From Epiperipatus broadwayi (lineage: Eukaryota; Animalia; Onychophora): a DNA stretch of 64,000 bases. Under the pieces are notes generated by a model. That model was not told the DNA's origin, did no database searches, and saw only the letters and a program-made list of their open reading frames with translations. Shown piece by piece: positions 26,758 through 39,299 of this stretch. Where the stretch lies: the NCBI GenBank assembly GCA_028023455.1, contig JAQFVV010000003.1, positions 29,884,001-29,948,000 on the forward strand. Direction: 5' to 3'. The stretch's first letter is position 1. The number at the start of each line of letters is the position of its first letter. The position numbers were made by a program, and so were the translations under genes.

Positions 26758-27100
26758 CAAGAATTTTTGTTTAGAGTTGAAGATGATAAGTATAAAATAG
26801 CCACCGTATTATGTTTCGCGGGTAAAGCGGTTATAGAAATCGCAAATCGGTTAGTAGCACCTTTAACCCCTGAGCAATGCTCGTACAGTGACTTCAAAGA
26901 GTAATTGGGTAATTATTTTAACCCCACTCCTTCGCGTCACATTCGTCTGCAAGCTAGAAATGAAACGATTAAGGATTTTGATTGTGCACTGCAAGTGTTA
27001 GCTAAAGACTGTGTGTATGGTTCTTACTTAGATGAAGCTCTCCTTGAACAGTTCCTGACAGGCATAAACCGTGACATCTTACGGCAACTGCTACTGTCAG
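26758..27100 (+). pseudogene. Ty3/Gypsy gag fragment, opposite in orientation to pol
   Basis: KYKIATVLCFAGKAVIEIANRLVAPLTPEQCSYSDFKE*LGNYFNP...NETIKDF...LAKDCVYGSYLDEALLEQFLTGI, a Mag-type gag pattern. Confidence 0.75.
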
Positions 27101-27104
27101 TAAC

Positions 27105-27840
27105 GATGTTTTATATCCTGTCAAGAAAAAGGATTTTGAAACTGTAAGCCTATCTCGAAAAACTGTGACTTCTAGAGTCGAAGCCATAAATAAAAATCTG
27201 ACATCACAGTTGGAATCAGATAGATCAATTTAAATTCTGCTCCATTACTATGGATGAATGCACAAATATAAATGATACTGCTCAGATAGTATTATTTATA
27301 AGAGATATTAATGAAAACTTTTCTATTTCTGAGGAATTGGCATGCATGTGGATGTTAAATGGACCAAGAGCTTTAAACTTTGACAGCACCCATAACAAAG
27401 ATTGTGTTCCATTGGTCAAGAATGACAGAGAAAAAATGTGGAGTTGTTGGAATCTTTAATGAAAAATATCTGAGGAACAATGTTGTCTTTCTATCTTGCA
27501 TTATACATTAAGACACCTTACATAAATCTGCCTTGAATAAGAAACCTGTGCTTGATGTAATTGTAAAACTTGTAAATACTATTTGATCTCGTGGGTTTAC
27601 AGACAATTTCAAGATTTTCTTAGTCCATGCAATCTGAATACTCTGATGAGCTGTATTACACGAAAGCAAGGTAGCTTAATGCAAGATGCATCTTTGAGTG
27701 AGTTTGGCAGCTGAAAGATGAGATAGTGGTCTATGAAATGTTGGAAGATACAGCATGGCTTTCAGAGTTTGCATTTTTCACAGATTATCTGTCATATGAA
27801 CAAGTTGAATGTCAAAATGCAAGGAAAAAATCAATTTATT
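27105..27840 (+). mobile_element. hAT (GTF2IRD2-like) transposase remnant, 3' part
   Basis: DFETVSLSRKTVTSRVE..., MDECTNINDTAQIVLFIRDINENFSISEEL (first catalytic Asp motif), later YYTKAR*L (Y.EVRWL-like). Confidence 0.85.
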
Positions 27841-27889
27841 GACTATTACCTCTATCAACCTGTTCCTATCACCATTGCTATCTAGAGAC

Positions 27890-28570
27890 ATATTTATTTA
27901 TTTATTGACTTTTTTTCCACAACAAAAAAATCTCATTTCTCATCCGATCAAGTATTACTAGTTATTTTATATATTTCAATAGCTAATTTATTTTTTAAAT
28001 CAGTATACCTGACTTATAAATCTTAAAATAATATAGTTATCTGAAAAAAAATTTCTGAATGCTAATAAAAAAGTAAATATCTTAAAATTTAATTGGATTC
28101 AATTCCTGTTTATTCTGAATCAAAATTATCCCAGAGGCCCCTAAATGTAATTAAGAATATTTAAGAACTTAATTGATGTCCTTCCAAGTTTTTAAAAACA
28201 GATCTCTAGGTTTTTCTTCATTATCTGGCAACTGACCAAGTTTCTATGGCAACTTAATATTTTAAAAATAGTCAATTTTATTTTCAATTATTATTTCAAT
28301 AAACAAATAAATAATTTTTTTTTTCACAATAAAAAAAATTCTCATATTTCTCATCTGACTAAATATTACTTATTTTTTATTTTATATACTTCAATGACTA
28401 ATTAATTTTTTAAATCAATATACCTGACTTCTAAATCTTAAAATAATACAAGCATCTAAAAAAAAATCCAAATGCTAATAAATTTTTTTCTTCTTAAAAT
28501 TGAACTGAGTTCAATCCCTGTTTGTTTTGGATTGAGATAATCCTGGACTGGCCCCCAAATGTAATGAAAA
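27890..28570. repeat. ~415-nt tandem repeat (about 1.6 units), with a partial dispersed copy at ~29455-29590
   Basis: atacctgactt recurs at 28005 and 28420 with co-linear flanks. Confidence 0.7.
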
Positions 28571-31500
28571 GTCACCCACTAATAATGGTAATTAGTAAAT
28601 AAATAATAAAAAAGAAAATACCCATAAATTTATTCAGTCTAAATGGGCAACTGTATACATGATGGAATGACAAAACAATTTTTCTTTTTATTAACTAATT
28701 TAATATCAGTCATGGATAATAATCAGACTGGGCCTATATTAAATACAAGTTTCTGTGCAGATCCAATCACATTTCCTGATCATTATTCTCTCCACATTTA
28801 TAATATTCTAAGACAATATAAAATAGTTTACTCATAATTAAGATGAGACAATTTATGAGAAACAAAATTAACTATAACAATCATTTTATTTACAATAAAA
28901 TAGAACAATATAATTATTTATATTTACATTGTCATAATAAAATAGAGAACATATATGACAGAAATTATTTTAAATTATTCTTATTCAAGAAATCATTGTA
29001 AAAATCTTACCCAGTTTACCATTTTTTTAAATTTTTTTTGTTGAGCTCAACTTTTCTTACATAGTAAGATGAATTAAAATTTGAGATCTCATTCATAACA
29101 GTGTAATTTAATAATGAAATTAGTAAATTTACTATTTTTTGTAAATAAATTCTTTTTGATTTTGTTCCTTATAATTGAGGAATCAAATATGCTGAATGTA
29201 TTAATTTTTCTCTTCTTGGATAATTTCTTCTTAAAATAATTAGTTAACTAGAAAGTTTCATTGTGATATTAAAGTCTTGTATTATACTATCCATAATAAG
29301 TTCCTGAGTTGGCAGAAAGACATACATGTTAAAACATTTTTTTTACAACTCCATAATTAATAAAACTACACTTATGAATGATAAAATTACACTTATGGAA
29401 ATGTGATAATGAAAATCATTTTCGTGGCTTGAATTTTTATAAGCGGCTTATAGAAGAACTTAACTGAAAACCCTCCAAGTTTTAAAAGCAGATAATCTCA
29501 GGTTTTTATTCCTTCATTTTTTTGGCAACTATCCAAGTCTATGACAACTTAATATTTTAAAATGGACAATTTTATTTTCAATTTGTTAATGATTAGTTTT
29601 AATTACATAAATAATTTTTACAAGGTTATAAAATGCATAATAAACTTTAAATTTTTCTTAAAGCAATATATGTAAACTATGTCAGAAAAGTTATAATATA
29701 TATATGTAAATACTATATTTGTTACAGATAACACATATTATAATTTATTATATTATTTAAATATTCAATATATTTACTTATGTTATTTCAACATACAATG
29801 TTTTTATTTCTTATAATATCCTTTTTAAATCTAAAATAATTACTATATTCTGTAATAGTTCATAACAAGCTTTCTTTCAAATTATAAATTAATGATTTTT
29901 TTTAGATAATAAAGATATTTATACCTCCTTTTTCAGTCATTTTTAGCACTATTTTTATAATTAAATTAATTATAAATTCAATACTTTTATTATATATATA
30001 TATATTATCACTAAAATCAAAATTCAACAAAACTACTATATTTTTCACATATACATATCTTTCTATGTATATAAACACAATAAAATTATGAAAATTATTA
30101 ATTAACCATAGATAATTTAATTTCATAATCAATGATTTATTTTAGATATATTTTTTTAGATTAGTTGCCCCCCCCCCCATTGTTTTATTTTTAATAAAAT
30201 ACATAATTTTCATTAAATATATGTTCCATATAATAATCAATCTAAATAAAATTGAAACAAACATCTAATTATAATTATTTAATTATCAAACCGACTTTCA
30301 TCTTTTATTGATTGAGACCGTTTCAAGATATTATTAATCTTAAACAACATTATTAACATTAGACATATAAACCTATATATAAATAAATAAACAAAAAAAT
30401 AACTACATAACAAACTTTAAAACTATACAAATACATATATTTTTATATACTTATAAAAGAAAAAAAAGTGGGGAAGGGGGTAATTAGAATGTTTATTTCT
30501 TTATATAACTTTCCATTTATAAATTTTACAATAATTTTTAAATCTTTCAATTATCTAATAATGCTCATTTCCCACCAAATTCTGCTGGACATCTAACTAT
30601 ATTTACACATCTATCTAAATTTTTCTGAATATACAAAGTTTCATAACATAGTCTTTTATGATAATCTTTAACATACTTTATAACTCAAATATTCTTTTTA
30701 CATTGCATTTGTCTAACAATATCTAAGTAATGCATATATGATCCTGACCTAATATCTTTCCTATTAAATGCACTATTATGCTCTTTCCCTCTATCACTTA
30801 TCATTCTTCCTGTCTGTTCAATATATACCTTATTAGATCCTTCACATCCAATTTTATAAATCACTTCTACCTTACTATTAATACAATTCATCTTCCTTAT
30901 ACTACAAAAACATTTACCCAAAAATTTACTATTTTCCCAAGCTATTCTTACATCATCTGATAATTCTTCACTTCCTAACTTTTTATATATTTGCTTTGAA
31001 TATGTAATAGGCATCCACTTACAATATTTATGTTTACTCCTATCATACTTATTTCTACTTTTATTTCCCCAAATATTTCTAATCACTTTTCTTTTATATC
31101 ATACTTTAACATAATCATTTTCTATTTCTAATTTTTGCTCATATGCCACTTTGTTATGTAATGCAAGTTTATCATTTTTTTAGCATAAATCCCTTTATAA
31201 CCCCCACTTTTTGACACCATGGTTGATATGATTTTGGATCAATTAAATCTCTATTTTTTCTATCTTTAATATAATGTTTAACCATTATTTCATTCATCAC
31301 TTCTCTTTTCACAAAAAATATTTAAATATTTTAATCCTTTTACCTCTTTCTCCACTGTAAATTTAATTTTATATCTAATTGTAGTATTTTGTAAAAATAG
31401 CAGACAAGTTTGTGCACTCTGGAAAAACTAGAATTTATTCGAGTTGTTGTTTTTAGATCGTGCTCTGATAACTGAGGAATTTAATTAAGGCATTGACGTA

Positions 31501-31791
31501 ATGGCAATTGACAATTCCAAGAAATATTTGCTGATTGCAAATATTTCTGGATAAGAGTCATTACCTTATTGGACAGTGTATTAATTGCTGCAGTTATCAG
31601 AAAGCGACAAGAAGACTGGGAAACAACAACGCAGGGCAGTATTTGAGTAGGTAGTTATTTGAGTAGACATCTGTTCAATCGAGTAGATATCTCGCGTCAG
31701 TGCTTACGGTTAATGACCAGCGCCCAGTGGAAATGTAGTCCACGGGTGTAGCTGAAAAGCCCACAGAGATGGGGAGACCACAGCGGAGATA

Positions 31792-31936
31792 TTGAGAGCA
31801 TTCATTGCAGAGCATTCGTTGCAGACCATTCATTTGAGAGCATCTGTTTGCAGACCATTCATTGGAGAGCATCCGTTGCAGAGCATTCATTACAGACCAT
31901 TCGTTGGAGAGCATCCATTGCAGAGCATTTGTTGCA
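31792..31936. repeat. 14-nt minisatellite (ttgcagagcatYcR) in the 5' LTR, about 10 units
   Basis: Read directly from the sequence. Confidence 0.95.
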
Positions 31937-32082
31937 AGAGAACAGCATGGGAATTGAACTTTAGCGAACTGTAGAAAGAGTTGTTGCGAACTATTCGCTA
32001 TTCTGATTATGTGAAATATTGTGAGTCTTTCATAGTATATATTTAATTGCTGGCCGCACAGACATTCTTGTGAATATAACAT

Positions 32083-32093
32083 TGGCACAGTCG
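32083..32093 (+). promoter_or_regulatory. Primer-binding site, probably tRNA-Ser
   Basis: TGGCACAGTCG one nt after the 5' LTR. One mismatch from TGGCGCAGTCG, the complement of the arthropod tRNA-Ser 3' end as recalled. Confidence 0.65.
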
Positions 32094-32827
32094 CATTTTG
32101 AACCTGTGAGTAGCGAATAAGTTTGCATTACAAAAAGCTTAGCCATAGATGGAAAAACTGGGTGAAAATGGAAATCCCAGTTAGTAAAACGTTAACAACA
32201 GAATTGAAAGTTTGGAAATAAAACGCTTGCACAGTTAACATCGGAAGCTGAGTCCCACCACGCCTGCACAGTCACCATTGAACGTAACTGGCGAAGAAGT
32301 TCAGCAGCAGTTTGGAATGGAATATTTCTGAGTGAAATAACTGGAAATATGTTTCCTCCAAGTAGTAAAAAACAACAACAACAACAAAACACCAAGGAAT
32401 AGGAACAATGGTTTTTCTGGAGTGGAGGGAGGTGTAGTATTTTGTAAAAATGGCAGACAAGTTTGTGCACTCCGGAAAAACTAGAATTTATTCGAGTCAT
32501 TGTTTTTAGATCGGCTCCGATAACTGAGGAATTTAATTAAGGCATTGACGTAATGGTGATCGACAATTCCAAGAAATATTTCTGATTGCAAATATTTCTG
32601 GATAAGAGTTGTTACCTTATTGGACAGTGTATTAATTGCTGCAGTTATCAGAAAGCGATAAGAAGATTGGGAAACAACTACGCAGGGCAGTATTTGAGTA
32701 GACGTCTGTTCAATTCGAGTAGATATCTCACGTCAGTGCTTGCGGTTAATGACCAGCGCCCAGTGGAAATGTAGTCTACGGGTGTAGCTGAAAAGCCCAC
32801 AGTGATGGGGAGACCACAGCGGAGATA

Positions 32828-33000
32828 TTGAGAGCATTCGTTGCAGAGCATTCATTGCAGAGCATTTGTTGGAGAGCATCCGTTTGCAGAGCATCCATTG
32901 CAGAGCATCCATTGCAGAGCATTCATTGCAGAGCATTCGTTGCAGGATATTCATTGGGGAGCATCCATTGCAGAGCATCCGTTGCAGAGCATTCGTTGCA
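32828..33000. repeat. 14-nt minisatellite in the 3' LTR, about 12 units
   Basis: Read directly from the sequence. Confidence 0.95.
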
Positions 33001-34315
33001 AGAGAACAGCATGGGAATTGAACTTTAGCGAACTGTAGAAATAGTTGTGGTGGACTATTCGCTATTCTGATTACATGAAATATTGTGAGTCTTTCATAGT
33101 ATATATTTAATAGCTGGACGCACAGACATTCTTGCGGATATAACACTAATATTATTCAATTCATTAAAAACCTTATCAATACTTCTACTATTTTCAATAA
33201 CAATATCATCCACATATTTATATCCTATAATCCCTTTATTTTTTATAAACTCATTTACTCTATTTTCTTCTATACTACTTACAACCACTGACAATATCCC
33301 GCTAATTGAATAATCCATAACCTATCCTTTTTCTATACTCCAAAATTTTTCCTTACATTTAAAATAAAAAGCCTCACCTATCATTAATAATGCTTCATAA
33401 ATAGTATTGATAAAACATTATTTATGTTCAATTTATTCATGATTACTTTTCTACATATTATCTTTTCTAGGTTCATTTTGCTATATTTTTTCAATATCAA
33501 ATGATGCTATCATTCCATTTCTATTTAATTTAATATTATTAAACCTACTAATAATTTCTTCAGAATTTTTTATATATTTTCCAAACCCAATTACTCCTAC
33601 AATCTTTTTATATACCAAATTACATAAATCTTTAAGTATATAATTATTAAAGTCCAAAATTACTCTTATTGGAATATTCTTTTTATGTACTATATACAGA
33701 TGTTCAAAACTTGTAGTATATAACTACTTATATTCCATTTCATTAATTAAATTCTTCATTTTTATATAATTCAACAATAATTTATATCTTGTTTAATCTT
33801 ATTTCTAGGATCTTTGCTTATTTTTTTATATCCCTTGTTTACTCATATCTTCACATACTTTCCTTTTATAGCCCAACTCATTTAAAATTACAAATCCTGA
33901 ACCTTTATCATCACTTGCTACTATTAAACTTTCTTTATTTAGCTTCTCAACAGTTATATGTATTACAGATTTTTCCTTCCATTCTTTATTATATTTAATT
34001 CCTTTATTTATAACACTTAATTTTTGATTGTAATTCAATTTTTAAATCATTCTTTATATTTTCTGCTTCCACATACAATTGCCTTTTGAACATCATCATT
34101 TCCAAACAGTACATAGTTAACTCCTTTACTTAAAATCATTGATTGTTCATTATCAAATTCAACATTAGATAAATTTATAAACTTAATCTCTTCCTTTTAC
34201 CATTCACTTATTGTAGACTTATTATTTAATCCATCTTTTAATTTTGCTTCTTTATAACATAACCATTTTCACATACTATCATATTTCTTCCAGTCTATTC
34301 TTCATTATATTAAGG

Positions 34316-35660
34316 ACAAAAAAATTAGAGGTTTAAATGATCTAAAATCATATCAACCATGGTGCCAAAAAGTGGAGTTTTTAAAGGGATTTAAATTAAA
34401 AAATGATAAACTTACATTAAATAAGAAAGAGGCATATGAACAAAAATTAGAAATAGAGAATGATTATGTTAAAGTAGGATATAAAAAGGTAATTAGAAAT
34501 TTTTTGGGAATAAAAATATAAATAATAGAAATAAACATGATAGAAATAAATATAAAGATTATAAGTGGATATCTATTCCATATTCAAGGCAAGTATATAA
34601 AAAGTTAGAAAGAGAAAAATTACTAGATGACATAAGAATAGATTTAGGAAATAGTAAGTCTTTGAGTAAATGGTTACGTAATACAAAAAAAGATAAATGA
34701 TATTAATAGTAAGATAAGAATCAAAGTAAGAGTCATATATCACATGACCCTATCTCTTAAGCTTGTAAGTTATAAACAATGAGGATTGCCAATTTCTCTA
34801 CAAGCTTTATGATAAATGCTTAGCCAGAGCCAGCACTTAAAATATCTCTGTCAGGAACCCCTCCCCAAACCCCTGACCATGGTTTCGTGCTTTGGCACTC
34901 CTCAGAGAGGTGTCAGAGTAGGTTCAGACACTAGAGCTGGGTTTGTAGACATGTAGATGTCTGAAAATTTCAGATTTTCCACTCTATAGATAATTTTTAG
35001 ATAAGTGCTTGGCTTTGGGTTGGTATTTTGGATGTGAAAGTTGTAATAAGGTATATGGACAGATAGGAAAAATAGTTAAGTGATAGGGGGAAAGAGCCTG
35101 ATTGAGCAATTAATAGGAAAGACATTAGATCAGAACCATATATGCATTTCTTATATACTATCAGAAAATTGAATGTGAAAAGAAATAATTATGTTAAAAG
35201 TTATCATAAAAGAATGTTATGGAACTTTCAATATTCAGAAAAAGTTACATAGATGTGTAAATAAAGTTAAAGATCCAGCAAAATTTGATCAAAAATGAGT
35301 ATTATTAGATAATTGGAAGATTTAAAAATTATTGTAAAATTAGAAATGGAAATTTAGAGGGGAAAAAAGGGGAAAGGTAGGAATTAGAATGTTTATAATG
35401 TAAAAAATATGTAGATATGTATTTGTATAGTTTTAAAGTTTATGTGGTTTATTTTATTTTTATTTAATTATAGGTTTATATGTATAATGTTAATTATATT
35501 GTTTAAGATGAATAATGTCCAATAGATGGAATGGTCATGTGATGTATACAACTTTATATTTTGAAAAGGTCTCAATAAGATATGAAAGCTGTTTTGATAA
35601 TTAAAGATGTATAATTATAATTAATTGGCTATTTCAATCTTATTTAGAATGATTACTATG
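34316..35660 (+). mobile_element. Inverted copy of the PLE2 3' part (pseudo-LTR-like), with a ~290-bp insert at ~34741-35026
   Basis: Reverse complement of ~30220-31265 (e.g. aaaatcatatcaaccatggtg), abutting the 5'-truncated RT. Confidence 0.8.
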
Positions 35661-35871
35661 TGTGAATAACAACATTGTGGACAAATAATTTTTATATTGG
35701 ATATTTGACCATTATAAGTATATGTCCTGTATTTTTGTATGCATACTGATAATATTATAATAATTCTTTGTTTTTCTGTGTATGCATTTATCATAATTCA
35801 ATATTAATATTTTTGTTGTTTTTATTATTTAAATATTTATAATAAGATATATTAAGCACATGACAATGGAA

Positions 35872-36043
35872 AGTAAGAAAAGCTTAACAGTGAAAAATTT
35901 TAATTCAATATGTTAGCATACTTTCAATATCTTTATACTGATCTCATAATTATAGCAATGAATGATTATGATATCAATACAAAGATATTGAAAGCATACT
36001 TAGCATATTAAATTAAGTTTTCACTTGTTAAACTTTTCTTATT
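35872..36043. repeat. Imperfect fold-back hairpin (~170 nt)
   Basis: aagaaaagcttaacagtgaaaa...ctttcaatatcttt pairs with aaagatattgaaag...ttttcacttgttaaacttttctt. Confidence 0.7.
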
Positions 36044-36116
36044 TTGCACTGCTAAATGATTAATATATTTATTACAATTGTTTTTTTAAAAAAAATAAAA
36101 GAACATAATACAGAAT

Positions 36117-36296
36117 TCAATTTATCCATTGCTTTGAACACTTTTTAGCAAAAACCTTTTATTGTGTCTAGATGCATACCAATCATAAAGTGGCTCTGAA
36201 GAAGACTGCAGGACAGTTGAAACATAAGATTGTGTAAGCATTTAAATACAATAAAAGGTTTTTGCTAAAAAGTGTTCAAAGTAGTGGATAAATTGT
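36117..36296. repeat. Hairpin with ~55-60-bp arms around a hammerhead-like core (36196-36225)
   Basis: Arms 36122-36175 and 36238-36291 differ at 5 positions, all transitions. The loop contains CTGAAGA-A-GACTG CAGGA CAGTT-GAAAC. Confidence 0.75.
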
Positions 36297-37991
36297 TTTT
36301 ATGTAAGATATTACAGCAAAATAAAGGAAGTGGGGAATTTGATAATGTAATACAGAATTATTTACATATTTATTATTCAATTTGTTAGTATTTAAAAGAT
36401 TTAAATGATGTTTATAAAATAAAAATATAATAAATGTAAAACAAAAAACGCATGATAAATACAAAAATAGAAAAAACAAAGAATTCACTTATAACAAGAT
36501 TTAAGTTACATAAAAATGATAAAAAATCTCATACCAATATTGTAAGATCTTACATCCTACGAGAATCATTAAACATCCTTAGTTACTTCAACCCCAATAC
36601 CCACAATAACAACATTCTCTACATATAATATAATATATATTATAATAGTAACTTACAGTTATTATTATCTCTTGTGAAATTATTTATAAATATAAATTTT
36701 TATATTTGACTATTTTATTATGTAACATATATGTACTATTTATATATACATTTAAGTTTTAAATAATATATATCTTAAGCTTTTGAGTAAAATGCCAGAT
36801 TTGAAGTTAAGAATAAATACTTATATATTTTTTTATTTTATTATTAAATCTTAATGTCAGTGGAACAATTGATAGTTGAATTAAACATGAACTTATATAA
36901 CACATTCGTTCGTGCTCTGGAAAATAAAAAAAAACGAAAGAAAAAGAAAATCTTTTCTCTTTAAAAATAGCATTTTTCTTCTATCAATACTACTATTTAG
37001 TGATTGGAATTTAAATATTAACTTTTTCAAATTAAAATAATTTGTGGATTCAAAGTCTGCAAGGAAAATATATTTAATTTTCTACTTAATCTTAAAGGAA
37101 TAGCAATATAAAGGAAAAGAACGTCTGTTTAAGTTTTGAAACTACGTTGTTTTAACTCTTCCATTATTCTTCGGATATATATAAATTTAAGATAATTATA
37201 TATATTAAGGATAAAACAATGTGCACTGAGTAGTACACTCATTATATCGTAAAAGGTTTCGAAACCAACCTTGCATGCTATTTTAAAATATTCTGAAATA
37301 TTAGATATATAGAATGTCTAGTGATAATAGAGAAATGAAGATTAAGAACATCTACATTCGAAGAATATTTATTTTATTTCACATTAATCCGGTCATTGGA
37401 TGTTATTAACAGTTTATCGTTTAAGGATAAATGGAATCATCATTGTACAAATGGATTGGTGATATGCTTCGTAAGAGATCTTCATTGGGATGATGAACTA
37501 TAGACTTCAATATCTACTCTCAACTCTCTTATAAATAAGTTTCCTTTATTATATATATTATAATAATGGTTATATTATTTTAATATGTTTATTATTATTA
37601 TTATTATTATCTTTATTTCAAATTTGGCATCGCATCATTTTATATCTTGATAGGAAAATTATATTTATTATTAAATATAATTAATTGAAAGCTTAACATA
37701 ATTCATCAAATTAGATGAGGGATATAAAAAATAGTTATTATTTGACAGATATCTTAAACAGGATTATATTGTGTTTACTACGTAATATTGTAAACGTTTA
37801 ATGTATTTTTATTTATTAAAAATACATATAATATATAAGTTATACAATGGTAAATAATACTTATATATGGGTAATTGTAAAGCATATAAATAAGAACGGT
37901 AAATAAATTAATAAGTTACATAAATTATTAATTTTTGAACCCAGATATTGTTTTTATATATCTGTTAATTTAAGCTATTTTCTTTAATTTT

Positions 37992-38373
37992 TGAAAGTTT
38001 ATTATAGTATTGAGTTTTATCATGGGGTATTAAATAAAAAATATCATTTATTAATATTCTTTTAAAATGATAAAATTCATCCGTATTTATTTATTAACAT
38101 TTTATTATCTATTCTATTATATTTTTTTATTGTTTATTAAATATTGATTTGTTAACGTGATCTCTTTGTCTAATCATTATTGAAAGTTTATTATAGTATT
38201 GAGTTTTATCATGGGGTATTAAATAAAAAATATCATTTATTAATATTCTTTTAAAATGATAAAATTCATCCGTATTTATTTATTAACATTTTATTATCTA
38301 TTCTATTATACTTTTTTATTGTTTATTAAATATTGATTTGTTAACGTGATCTCTTTGTCTAATCATTATTGAA
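37992..38373. repeat. Near-perfect 189-bp direct tandem duplication
   Basis: 37992-38180 equals 38181-38369 with one substitution seen. ttgaa microhomology at the junctions. Confidence 0.93.
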
Positions 38374-39299
38374 TTATATCATATATATGCTAGTATTATA
38401 AATGTCATATGAATAATAGTTATAATTAATGCTTATATAGAGGCATATGAAATAACTTGTTTTGAAATTATTCCTGAAAAGAGCTAAGCAAATTCCTTAG
38501 TGGAGTGCTGAAAGAGGGATGAAAGATGGAGACTGGTCTAAATTGTATTTAAACTTATTTAAAGATATTGAGCTAGCATAGTAAAGATATATATATATAA
38601 ATCATGGATTTAGTATTTCATCGATTCATTTCTAGCTTAAGCCGATTTAGTGAAATGGTATCCTCTTTTCTAAGGAATTTAATCATCTCTTTATATTTAA
38701 CAAGACCAACTTAGATTTTAAATATAATCCATTCTGTTATATTTGGCGAACCTAACTATGAAGCATTAAGTTAATGATTTCTAAACATTAAATATAATTG
38801 ATTATATTACAATTAATACATCAACTGGGATGATTAAATGCCGTTCCGTTATATTTGATGCCTAAACTAAGGCTATCAAATAGGCTGTCCCGTTATAATA
38901 TATATATATAGAGAGAATGTAACTCAAATAAAATGTACTACTGAAAGATAAAAATGTTCACAAGCACATTCAATTATTTTTATAATTAAATATTTAACAA
39001 ATGTATAATAAAATACATATTCCAAATTAAAGTATAAAATTTTAATATTGATACTTACCTTTATTATAAAATCTTTCATAAAGTATTGTTTAATTTATAC
39101 ATATTACAACAATATAAGAAAAAGATGATCAAATTTAGATACAAGCGAAAATATCACAAAAACACAAATAAATGAAATAATAAATAAAAATTTTATTATT
39201 ATTAATCCAACACATATCTATAAAAATCGTAACATATAACATAAATAATCAACTCAATGCATGAACTTGAACTCGCCATTTGAAAGAATCAAATTAACC

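Larger units (their letters stand above)
31380..33145 (+). mobile_element. Non-autonomous LTR retroelement (TRIM-like): LTR 31380-32081, 351-bp internal region, LTR 32433-33145
   Basis: TG..CA termini, TSD CTAAT (31375-79 and 33146-50), PBS TGGCACAGTCG at 32083, PPT GGAGTGGAGGGAGG at 32419-32432. No recognisable gag/pol. Confidence 0.92.
30220..34315 (-). mobile_element. Penelope-like element 2 (RT 33146-34315; RT C-terminus/GIY-YIG/tail 30220-31379), interrupted by the LTR element
   Basis: DDKGSGFVILN, VHKKNIPIRVI, ASFDIEK, YKYVDDIVI, KIKFTVEKE, VIYKIGCEGSNKVYIEQTGRMISDRGKEH. Confidence 0.85.

Noticed and set aside
27643-27675. CTGATGA-GCTGTATTACAC-GAAA hammerhead-like string
   Set aside because: Lies inside hAT transposase coding sequence and has no stem I; a chance match.
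30310-30350. GAAACGGTCTC in the PLE2 tail as a hammerhead
   Set aside because: No CTGANGA core in either arm, so it is too decayed to support.
31675-33146. Repetitive ORFs (NALQRML / AEHPLQS) on both strands
   Set aside because: Translations of the 14-nt LTR minisatellite; not a gene and not a CRISPR array (no unique spacers).
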